IMG/VR virus record: IMGVR_UViG_3300028920_000065
Span: 12,922 to 76,921 of that record
DNA: 64,000 nucleotides
Direction: 5' to 3' (one strand)
DNA from: a virus
The position numbers and the translations under genes are program-made. Each line of letters opens with the position of its first letter. Within the stretch, counting starts at the first letter, position 1. Positions 10,002-18,362 of this stretch are shown piece after piece. The notes under the pieces are model-generated. The model made no database searches and was not told the DNA's origin. It was given only the letters and a program-made list of their open reading frames with translations.

Positions 10002-10171
10002 AATAATAAAAAAACTATTATAATAAATTCAATTGAACTTATTATTTTATATAAATCAATTTTTTCCCTCAATAAATAATTTTCAAGCATTTGACTTTCA
10101 ATAATTTTAAAAGTTTTAGAATCAAGTTTTTTCTTCAAAGTATCAATTGTTATCTTTGTTTTTTTAATCAT
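9986..10171 (-). CDS. Small hypothetical protein with C-terminal TM segment
   Basis: IEFIIIVFLLLW hydrophobic tail; GAGGAG RBS. Confidence 0.55.
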   Translation of the reverse strand: MIKKTKITIDTLKKKLDSKTFKIIESQMLENYLLREKIDLYKIISSIEFIIIVFLLLWRIK

Positions 10172-10659
10172 AACTCCTCAATTATTCCACCATTATTAAT
10201 AATCCAATTGTTTATGATATTACATAAATCAGATTTTTCTGGTGTAATAAAAGTCAAAATCTTTTTGGCAATGAATCCTAATTCTGTATCAATATCAATT
10301 GTTCTATCAGAAAACGAATATATTTTTTCATTTTTAATATCATAAAACATAAAAATATCCCTATCATTTTTATTTATTCTCTTTAAGGCATTATCAATAT
10401 TTAATTCTAATAAATTTTCAAGAAATATTTTGAAATCAATTATAAATTTTACATCTTTATTAATATCTGTATTAATAAAAAAATCATAAATTATTATTTT
10501 ATGATTTCTTTCATTTTTTTTCAAATTTTCAAAAAATGTTGCATTTCTATGTATTTTCCTAAATTTAATCAAAACACAATCTTGATTTTTTGTTTTTCTT
10601 TCAATTTTAATTTTAGAAAAATTAAAGAATTTTTCTGCAAGTTTTTTTAAACGGCTCAT
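10168..10659 (-). CDS. Hypothetical protein
   Basis: ORF directly after gp46 with GAGG RBS. Confidence 0.6.
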   Translation of the reverse strand: MSRLKKLAEKFFNFSKIKIERKTKNQDCVLIKFRKIHRNATFFENLKKNERNHKIIIYDFFINTDINKDVKFIIDFKIFLENLLELNIDNALKRINKNDRDIFMFYDIKNEKIYSFSDRTIDIDTELGFIAKKILTFITPEKSDLCNIINNWIINNGGIIEEL

Positions 10660-13080
10660 TTAATTTACCTCTGTTATTGTATAATTACTAAATCCTAATT
10701 TTTTTTCCACTTCTATCAAAGTATCAGCAATTTCTATGATAGGTTCCCTATGTGAAATAATATTAACATAAGGAATATTTTCTTTTAAGGATGTCATGAC
10801 ATCTTTCAAAGCTTCTGGATCAAGATTGCTATCAAAAACTTCATCAAGAAATATTAAAGGAAAAATAATTCCATTTTTCTTTTTATATAATTCAATAAAA
10901 GTAAAAATATTTGCAAGATTAATTTGCTTTGATTCTCCATTAGAAAGATCCCAATAATCAATATCATTTCCTCTTTGAATAACATTTGCATCAAGACCTT
11001 TAGAATCAGAAAAAATGAGAGAAAAAGGAGATCTAAGTTTTTCAAGATATTTTTTTGAAAATAAATTCAATATATCAAGATATTTTTTAATAATATATTT
11101 TTTAATTCCTTTATCGGAAACAACATAAATCATTTTTTCAACAAGTTTTTTTTGCTTCTCTATTTGTTTTATTTTTTCCTTTGTTTCCTTTTGATATTCA
11201 AGATTCAATTCAAGTGCTTTTCTATTAATTTTTCTTTCTTTTATTCTTTTTAAAATATTTTTTTCTGTTTCTATTTCAGAAACAATCTTTCTAATTTCCT
11301 CATTCTTATTATTATTATATAAAATTTTTTCATTTATTTCTTCAATAGTTTTAGAATCAATATCAATTTTTTCTTTTAATTCATTTCGTTTTGTTTTTAA
11401 ATCAGCATATAATTCTAAATCAACTTCAACTTCTTTCATAGCTTGGAACTGGGATATTTTACTTGCAATTTCATTTTGTAAATTATATTGTTCCTCTTTT
11501 TCTTTTTTCTCTTTTTTTAAATTATCTTCTTTTCTAGAAAATTCTGCAATATTCAATTCAATCTCTTTATACCTTTCACTAAAATCAACATCATTAAAAT
11601 CTATTTCAGAAAGAAATGTTTCTTCACTTTTAATTTTTTCTTTTAATTTATCAATTTTATTAGTTAATTCTTTTAATTCTTTTAATTTATCAATTTCAAT
11701 TTGTTTGGTTTGCTGAAGTTGTTTTAAAGCAAATAGTATTTTTTTCTTTTTAGATTGTAAAATATTTATTTCTTCAAAAAGTTCTAAAATACGATCATTT
11801 TTAAATTCGTCTGTTAAAATACTTTTACATTCATTACAAATATCATTTGTTTTATAATATTCTATTTGTTTTTCATAATCTTCTATATTAATCTTAGCCG
11901 CATGTATTTTTCCAGATGTAATATTTATATCAATTTTTTCTATTTTATCCTCTGTATTTAATATTTGAGTTTCAATATCTGGATATTTTATTTGATTTAA
12001 TTTATCTAATTCATTTTTTAGCCCTTCAATTATTTTCTTTTTTTCTAAATATTTTTGATTGTCGGCTTTTATCTTTTCTTCACCACTTTTTATATTTTTA
12101 TAATTTCCTTTTAATTGCATCAATTGTATAAAAACATTTTGAATTTTTTCAGATAATTCTGATAATTCCTCGTATTTAACTTTTTTCCCAACATTTAACT
12201 GAAGATTTTCAATTTCTTTTCTAAGTTTTTCCGTTTGCTGTTTATTATCTTTATTTCTCCGAATAGTATTTTCAATTGTTGAAATTTGAGTTTCAACTTT
12301 TATTAAATCCTCTTTAAACTCTTTATATATTTTTTGTAGTTTATTATATTCAATCTCATTTATATTTTTTAAAGTTTTTTCAATTTCTTTCTTTTCATTC
12401 ACCAAATCATTTATTTTAGTGGAAAGATTTTTAATTTCTTCTTTCTTTTCATTTTCCTGCTCTTCAATGATTGCTCTATTAGATTGTTCTTGTGTTCTAA
12501 TGCTTTCATATTTTCCTTCTAAAGAAGATAACTTCATTGTGAGTATATTAAGTTCAGCCTTTGTCATATCTTTCATTTTATCATATCTTTCAAGTTCAAA
12601 AAGCCTCATTATAAAATCTTTTCTTTCTGTTGATTTCAATTCCATAAAAGGAGTATAAAATCTTTCAGATAAAAAATTAATATGATTGAGAACTTTTTTA
12701 TCAATATTAAAAAGATTTTCTATAATTTCATTTAAACCATTCTTTCCAGTAAATGCTAATTCCTCTCCATTTTTCTTAATATATTCTTTATCTGGTTTAA
12801 ATTTTCGACATAATTCATATTTATCATCATTTACAGAAAAAAACAATTTTAACATTACATTCTTTTTATTTTTTCTATTAGGTATATTTTTAATTGATTT
12901 TTTAGAATAAGTTTTTCCAAATAATAAAACATGAATTGCATCAAGAATTGTTGATTTACCAGAGCCAATATGTCCCCTATAAACATAAATTTTTTCAGGT
13001 TCAATTTTTATTTCAACACCTTTTTTTCCAATAGAAAGAAAATTCTTAACAATAAGTTTTTCTAATTTTACATTAGTCAC
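10660..13080 (-). CDS. gp46: Recombination ATPase subunit, T4 gp46/SbcC/Rad50-like
   Basis: KNFLSIG, Walker A GHIGSGKST, long coiled coil with CNEC zinc hook, LSNGE signature, FLDEVFD, ISH. Likely GTG start at 13080 (AAGGAG RBS). Confidence 0.92.
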   Translation of the reverse strand: MTNVKLEKLIVKNFLSIGKKGVEIKIEPEKIYVYRGHIGSGKSTILDAIHVLLFGKTYSKKSIKNIPNRKNKKNVMLKLFFSVNDDKYELCRKFKPDKEYIKKNGEELAFTGKNGLNEIIENLFNIDKKVLNHINFLSERFYTPFMELKSTERKDFIMRLFELERYDKMKDMTKAELNILTMKLSSLEGKYESIRTQEQSNRAIIEEQENEKKEEIKNLSTKINDLVNEKKEIEKTLKNINEIEYNKLQKIYKEFKEDLIKVETQISTIENTIRRNKDNKQQTEKLRKEIENLQLNVGKKVKYEELSELSEKIQNVFIQLMQLKGNYKNIKSGEEKIKADNQKYLEKKKIIEGLKNELDKLNQIKYPDIETQILNTEDKIEKIDINITSGKIHAAKINIEDYEKQIEYYKTNDICNECKSILTDEFKNDRILELFEEINILQSKKKKILFALKQLQQTKQIEIDKLKELKELTNKIDKLKEKIKSEETFLSEIDFNDVDFSERYKEIELNIAEFSRKEDNLKKEKKEKEEQYNLQNEIASKISQFQAMKEVEVDLELYADLKTKRNELKEKIDIDSKTIEEINEKILYNNNKNEEIRKIVSEIETEKNILKRIKERKINRKALELNLEYQKETKEKIKQIEKQKKLVEKMIYVVSDKGIKKYIIKKYLDILNLFSKKYLEKLRSPFSLIFSDSKGLDANVIQRGNDIDYWDLSNGESKQINLANIFTFIELYKKKNGIIFPLIFLDEVFDSNLDPEALKDVMTSLKENIPYVNIISHREPIIEIADTLIEVEKKLGFSNYTITEVN

Positions 13081-13109
13081 AATATTAATCTCCTTTATAT
13101 AACTAATAA

Positions 13110-13155
13110 TTTTATACACGTTTTTTTAAGAATGTAAAGAGTAAAATTAAAAAAA
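13110..13155 (-). promoter_or_regulatory. Sigma70-like promoter cassette for the gp46 operon
   Basis: Minus strand TTTACA-TTCTTAAAAAAACG-TGTATAAAAT; near-identical copies at 15516-15560 (-) and 28216-28245 (+). Confidence 0.75.
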
Positions 13156-13179
13156 GTGCTGATATTTCTACCAGCACTT
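13149..13179 (-). terminator. Intrinsic terminator after groEL
   Basis: AAGTGCTGG-TAGAAATA-TCAGCACTT followed by a T-run on the minus strand. Confidence 0.8.
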
Positions 13180-13207
13180 AACACATGGGGACGAGAAATG
13201 GATAAAA

Positions 13208-14803
13208 TTACATCATGCCATTATTCATAGGCATTACATTTTCTTCTTCATCATAAATTACTGCTGTTTCCATAGTCAAAACAATTCCAGCCAAAGAAAC
13301 AGCATTCAAAAAAGCCGCCTTTGTAACCTTTGCTGGATCTATAATTCCAGCCTCATACATATTATCAACATAATCCATGGATATTACATCAAAACCATAT
13401 CCAATTTTTTCAAGATTATTTATTACAACATCAACACGTCCACCGGCATTTGCAACAATTTGTTTCATTGGAGAAAGAATTGCTTCTTTTATAATAGTTT
13501 CACCAATATTTTCAGCATTTAATTTTGTTGAAATTTTTGCAAGACAAGTTCCACCACCTTCAACAATTCCATCTAAAAGTGCTGCTTTTGTTGCATTTAA
13601 GGAATCTTCTACTCTATCTTTCTTTTCTTTCAATTCTATTTCTGTCATTGCTCCAATATAAAGAACACCAATTCCACCAGATAATCTACCAAGCCTTTTT
13701 TGAAGTCTTTCTTTTTCATGATCAGATGTAGTTTCTTTCATTGTTTTTTTAACAAGATCAATTCTCTTGCTAACATTTGATTTCAATCCAAGTCCACCAA
13801 CAAGAGTTGTTTGATCTTTTGTGACAATAACTTTTCTAACACCACCAAGATGATTTGTTCCAATTTTTTCAAGTGAAATTCCTTCATTTTTACCACAAAC
13901 AGTTGCTCCTGTATATGCAGCAATGTCTTGAAGGATATTTATCTTTTCTTGACCAATTTCTGGTGACTTTGTTGCACAAAATCTTATTTTACCTTGAAGT
14001 TTATTTTGAATTATAAAATGGAGAACAGAATCTTCAATTTCATTTGCTATCATGAAAACTGATTTATTAGTCTTATTTGCACTTGTCAAAACAGGAATGA
14101 GTGCTTCTGGTGAATTTACTGTACCATTATAAATTAAAACTATAGCATCCTCAAGAATTGCTTCATTTCTTTCAATATTGGTGACAAGATATTGAGATAT
14201 CCATCCCTTATCATATCCCATTCCCTCTTCAACTTTAGCAAATGTATTTGTATCAGGAGAATTTTCAATTGTAATTACTCCATCATCCCCTACCTTTTTA
14301 AGAGCATCAGATATAAGGCTTGCAATTTCTTCATCTCCATTGGCAGAAATTTTTGCAATCTGATAAATTTCTTCATCTGTTGTTATTTCTTTTTTTGATT
14401 TTTCAATTTCTTCAACAACAACTTTAGCAATTTTATCCATTTCTCTTTTTATTTGCATTGGATCATGACCTGCGGCAAGATATTTCATTCCTTCTTTAAT
14501 CATTGCTTGAACAAGAACAGTTGCAGTTGTAGTTCCATCACCTGCTTCATAATTTGTCTGATTTGCTGCTTCCTTAAGAAGCATCGAACCAGATTTCATT
14601 GCTGAATCTCTAAAATTAATTGATTTGGCAACAGTAACTCCATCCTTTGTAACATTTGGAAGTCCAAATTCTCTTTGTATCAATGCGGTCCTACCTCTTG
14701 CGCCAAGTGTTACCTTAACAGCATCAGCGGTTTTATTGAGCCCTTCAAGAATTTTTTCTCTTGCTTCATTTCCAAAAATTACATCATTTGTTTTATCATA
14801 CAT
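13208..14803 (-). CDS. groEL: Chaperonin GroEL (group I)
   Basis: VKVTLGARGR, TKDGVTVAK, AGDGTTTATVL, ISANGD, EKKDRVED, GIVEGGG, GIIDPAKV, Met/Gly C-terminal tail. Confidence 0.97.
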   Translation of the reverse strand: MYDKTNDVIFGNEAREKILEGLNKTADAVKVTLGARGRTALIQREFGLPNVTKDGVTVAKSINFRDSAMKSGSMLLKEAANQTNYEAGDGTTTATVLVQAMIKEGMKYLAAGHDPMQIKREMDKIAKVVVEEIEKSKKEITTDEEIYQIAKISANGDEEIASLISDALKKVGDDGVITIENSPDTNTFAKVEEGMGYDKGWISQYLVTNIERNEAILEDAIVLIYNGTVNSPEALIPVLTSANKTNKSVFMIANEIEDSVLHFIIQNKLQGKIRFCATKSPEIGQEKINILQDIAAYTGATVCGKNEGISLEKIGTNHLGGVRKVIVTKDQTTLVGGLGLKSNVSKRIDLVKKTMKETTSDHEKERLQKRLGRLSGGIGVLYIGAMTEIELKEKKDRVEDSLNATKAALLDGIVEGGGTCLAKISTKLNAENIGETIIKEAILSPMKQIVANAGGRVDVVINNLEKIGYGFDVISMDYVDNMYEAGIIDPAKVTKAAFLNAVSLAGIVLTMETAVIYDEEENVMPMNNGMM

Positions 14804-14804
14804 T

Positions 14805-15074
14805 TTAAATTACCTCCTTCACAATTATTTTTTTAATTTCTATCGCATAAATTTCATCTAATTCATCTAATTTAATGGCATATTCTTTTTTAAAATACAC
14901 AATATCTCCTTTTTTTAATTCTTCATCAATATTATTCAATACTTCAGCTTTGACTAAGCCAGCATTCAATTTTTTCTTTTCTGGCATAATAAATTCATTA
15001 TTGTCTTTTTCTTTTTTGTTTACATTATCAATAATATTAACGATAATATAACCATTTAAACCTTCATACTTCAT
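14805..15074 (-). CDS. groES: Co-chaperonin GroES-like (divergent)
   Basis: About 89 aa, immediately upstream of groEL. GLNGYIIV...FIMPE...AEVL...LKKGDIVYF...IIVK pattern. Start MKYEG at 15074 with GGAG RBS. Confidence 0.75.
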   Translation of the reverse strand: MKYEGLNGYIIVNIIDNVNKKEKDNNEFIMPEKKKLNAGLVKAEVLNNIDEELKKGDIVYFKKEYAIKLDELDEIYAIEIKKIIVKEVI

Positions 15075-15075
15075 T

Positions 15076-15483
15076 TTAAGCTCCCATTCTAAATTTTTCA
15101 TACTGAATTATGTTACTGATATTTTGTTGTAAATCTTTCAAGTATTTTATTAATCTTTCACAATTATCCAACTTATTCTTTAGTTTATTTATAGAATCGT
15201 TTAAATCCATCAATTCTTTCTCAGAATTTTTAATATAAAAATCACGTTCTGATTTACTCGTAAAAGCTGAAAAAATATCCTCCTCGGATTCATCTTTATA
15301 AAAATCATATCTTTCCTTCAATTTTTCATTATATTTTCTTTGTAAAATAATACACGATTCCATTATACCATCAGTCATTCCAATAATTTTTGAATAAATT
15401 GATGGAATTTTTTTGGATACTTTTGTAATATCATTCCTTTGTAAATCCGTTTCTTCATATATTTTTGTAATAAATTCCTTCAT
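15076..15483 (-). CDS. uvsY: Recombination mediator UvsY-like
   Basis: KIPSIYSK...ERYDFY...TSKSERDFYI...ISNIIQYEKFRMGA; the C-terminus matches UvsY I.N.I..KF..G. Confidence 0.75.
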   Translation of the reverse strand: MKEFITKIYEETDLQRNDITKVSKKIPSIYSKIIGMTDGIMESCIILQRKYNEKLKERYDFYKDESEEDIFSAFTSKSERDFYIKNSEKELMDLNDSINKLKNKLDNCERLIKYLKDLQQNISNIIQYEKFRMGA

Positions 15484-15513
15484 TATCTCAACCTCCTTAT
15501 TCAAGTTTCTATT

Positions 15514-15560
15514 ACTTTATACAAATTTTTTTAAGAATGTAAAGAATAAAATTAAAAAAA
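15514..15560 (-). promoter_or_regulatory. Sigma70-like promoter for uvsY-groES-groEL
   Basis: TTTACA-TTCTTAAAAAAATT-TGTATAAAAG on the minus strand; duplicate of the 13110 cassette. Confidence 0.7.
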
Positions 15561-15574
15561 ATAAATAATATTGA
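15561..15574 (+). promoter_or_regulatory. Late promoter
   Basis: ATAAATAATATTGA. Confidence 0.8.
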
Positions 15575-15597
15575 ATATATTATAGGAGTTTTCAAAC

Positions 15598-16959
15598 ATG
15601 CCATCATTCAATACATCAATTTATGGAATATGTGGAAGAAGAAGAGTTGCAAACCCAGAACTAAAAATATTAGTACTAACAAACAGTACAGATAGTATGC
15701 GACCACGACCAGAAAGTCAAATCATTTCAGACAGCAACAATATTTATTTTGTTTGTACGGATGAGGCAACAAAAAGTTTTATAATAAAATCTAATTTTGA
15801 TTTTTCTGTAATAACTGAAAAAGAACTAGATTTAGGAGGCACTACAAAAAGAACTTTAGAATCACCAGCTTGGGCAAAAACAGATAAAAGTGAAATAATT
15901 ATAGGTGGTGATGAAAACACTAACAATGCTGGTGGTTATCCAGCAGCAGATTACAATAAAGAAATTACACGAATTACAGCATCTACATTATCAGCAGTTT
16001 CAACATACCCTACTGGTCATAATCCAGCTGTTAGGACATCAGGTACATATAATAACTCCACAATATATAATCAATTATTAAATAGTTCTGGTGATTTAAT
16101 AATGGTCGGAAAAGGATATGCCCAAGGTAATAATTATTCGAGACATAATTCAAGTTTCGTTGAGCAAAGCTACAAATTTATTGATTATCCATATATTATT
16201 TCCGGTAGTGACATCACAGGCGATATTTTGTATATTGCTGGTCAACAGTACGTAACCAGAATAGATACGAGTACAGATACGATAGACGCAGCTTACGATT
16301 TTGTTAATGGCGCAATTACTTTTTATCTTAGACGTGTTATTTACGGATCAGATGGCGCCGTGTATGTCGCTGGTTATTATATATCAGGCGCAAGCGCAGC
16401 AAAAGGATGGATAGCAAAGCTATCGTCCGATCTAACGACAAAAACCTGGGAAAAAGATTTCAATATTACAGCGTCAAATTCAGATACTAGATTTTTTGGT
16501 ATTTGTGAGCATCAAGGGAAACTGTATGTGACTGGAAAATATACAGACCTGAGCAGCAATACATATGGTTTTGTGGCACGTGTAAATATGTCAACTGGGA
16601 ATTTCGAACAGTGCATTGGAATAACCGAAGTAACGAACTCATATATATTTAATAATATTATTGAATCCATTAATAATAATCTTTATGTTGGCGGATATTC
16701 CCGCCCCTATAACGCTGCAAGAAACGAGCCAACAGTAATAGGATTATTTAACCAGACAGATTTAACATGGTTAAACGGAAAGTCAACCTCAGGTAACGAA
16801 TACTCATTTGCAACTGAGGCTTTTACTCAGTCCGCACCAGGATCTACTTATGCCGCCAGTGGTGCAACAATATCAAATCCCTCGACTGGAACTTCTACAA
16901 AACAAGGTAAGGATCTTGGAAATTCAGGAACATTAACAGATACAGTTTATACGGAGTAA
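15598..16959 (+). CDS. Putative virion beta-propeller protein (receptor-binding/fibre-like)
   Basis: Late promoter at 15561. Repeated blade motifs (IYFVC, LYIAG, VYVAGY, LYVTG, LYVGG); Ser/Thr/Gly-rich. Confidence 0.55.
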   Translation: MPSFNTSIYGICGRRRVANPELKILVLTNSTDSMRPRPESQIISDSNNIYFVCTDEATKSFIIKSNFDFSVITEKELDLGGTTKRTLESPAWAKTDKSEIIIGGDENTNNAGGYPAADYNKEITRITASTLSAVSTYPTGHNPAVRTSGTYNNSTIYNQLLNSSGDLIMVGKGYAQGNNYSRHNSSFVEQSYKFIDYPYIISGSDITGDILYIAGQQYVTRIDTSTDTIDAAYDFVNGAITFYLRRVIYGSDGAVYVAGYYISGASAAKGWIAKLSSDLTTKTWEKDFNITASNSDTRFFGICEHQGKLYVTGKYTDLSSNTYGFVARVNMSTGNFEQCIGITEVTNSYIFNNIIESINNNLYVGGYSRPYNAARNEPTVIGLFNQTDLTWLNGKSTSGNEYSFATEAFTQSAPGSTYAASGATISNPSTGTSTKQGKDLGNSGTLTDTVYTE

Positions 16960-16961
16960 TT

Positions 16962-17264
16962 ATGAAAATTAAGGATCAGGAAAAGGAAAAGGAAAAACAT
17001 AATTATCCTAAGGATCAAGAATTTGATAATTTTAACAGCAAAAATGTTGGTAACAAAAACAACGACTTGTTTAAAAACAAAGATGTTGATTTTGAATGTC
17101 CGGAATGCGGAAACACAAAATTAAAATTTATAGCCTTAATCCCTGCTGATACTCGACATGACTATTATATCGCAAAGCTAAAATGTAATAAATGTAAAAA
17201 AGAATTTATTGCTACGATTACAGAAACAGAAACAGATGAAAAAGATGAAGAAATGAAAAAATAA
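16962..17264 (+). CDS. Zinc-ribbon protein
   Basis: CPECG...CNKCKK. Confidence 0.6.
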   Translation: MKIKDQEKEKEKHNYPKDQEFDNFNSKNVGNKNNDLFKNKDVDFECPECGNTKLKFIALIPADTRHDYYIAKLKCNKCKKEFIATITETETDEKDEEMKK

Positions 17265-17284
17265 TTTGTTTGTTTAGAGAATCG

Positions 17285-17347
17285 AAAATTATTTACCTAT
17301 ATCTTACTATCAAAAAACTATAAAAATTGCTCAGAGAACCTCATATT
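17285..17347 (+). repeat. Dispersed intergenic repeat, divergent copy
   Basis: TTACCTATATCTTACTATCAAAAAACTATAAAAATTGCTCA aligns without gaps to the 32017-32090 copy. Confidence 0.6.
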
Positions 17348-17358
17348 TGCTAAAAAGA

Positions 17359-18048
17359 CTATCCAAATAACCATTCAGGTTCTTCAGAATACTTATTTTC
17401 TACCTCTTCATATACTTGTTCAATAATTTGTTCACCTTCCTCTTTTATTTCTTGCCAATTTATTGCCCTACCACCAAGTATTTCTGATGAAAATTTATTC
17501 AAATTTCTACCCCATTGTATAAGTGTATGACCAAGAACAAGTTTTTGGAATGTATGATTTTCATAAATTAATTCTGGATTGTCATATGTTTCATTTACAA
17601 ATACATCAAGATAAATTTTTGTTTGATCTTCTAAATTTTTTAGACTGAAAACATTAGTTGTTGGATTATAATTAAAATCAAAATAAAATCCTGTAGATAT
17701 TTGAAGTTGAGAAAAATAAGCATTTGAATAACTGTAAGATATAAGATCATCTGCAAAACTAACTTCTCTTTCATATACATATTTTCTTCTTGAAATTGGA
17801 AATCCAATAGATTCTGGATAATAACCTACTACATATAATATATTTGAATCCAATGTATATTCATAAGTATTTGCTGTAAGAGATAATTCATATATATCTG
17901 GTCTAGTTCCATCATCATGATTTTCTGCAAACCATTTTAATGCTCTTGGAACAATAATACTTTGAAATTGTGTTTCTGATACATTTATTCTTCTGTATTC
18001 TGAACCAGCCTCTTGAAAGATTAGTGTTTGTAATGCTGAAATATTCAT
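17359..18048 (-). CDS. gp13: Neck protein gp13-like
   Basis: INVSETQ...RALKWFAENHDDG...QWGRNLNKF...LGGRAINWQEIKEEG...PEWLFG. Start MNISAL at 18048 behind a late promoter. Confidence 0.85.
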   Translation of the reverse strand: MNISALQTLIFQEAGSEYRRINVSETQFQSIIVPRALKWFAENHDDGTRPDIYELSLTANTYEYTLDSNILYVVGYYPESIGFPISRRKYVYEREVSFADDLISYSYSNAYFSQLQISTGFYFDFNYNPTTNVFSLKNLEDQTKIYLDVFVNETYDNPELIYENHTFQKLVLGHTLIQWGRNLNKFSSEILGGRAINWQEIKEEGEQIIEQVYEEVENKYSEEPEWLFG

Positions 18049-18071
18049 ATCATTTTCTCCTTGTAATATTA

Positions 18072-18085
18072 TCAATATTATTTAT
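18072..18085 (-). promoter_or_regulatory. Late promoter (gp13)
   Basis: ATAAATAATATTGA on the minus strand. Confidence 0.8.
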
Positions 18086-18362
18086 TTAATGAAGGAGAAA
18101 AACTTGTTTTTCGACTGAATGGACTGAATGCTAATAATATATGATTCTATAAAAAAATCAAAATGCACACTTCTCCTTTTTACTTATCTTTTTTGAATAT
18201 ATATTTTTTTATATATTTTTTAAGATTCTTTTCAATTTTTTTTCTTTTTTTTTGATTAATTTTTTAATTGAAATTTAATCGACATAGTATTATCTTAATC
18301 AAAATTCTAAAACATAAATGAAATAAGTTTCTACAAGAGAAATTAGATAAAAAATTGAAAAA

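Noticed and set aside
15598-16959. Diversity-generating retroelement target
   Set aside because: No reverse transcriptase and no template/variable repeat pair differing at adenines was found in the window.
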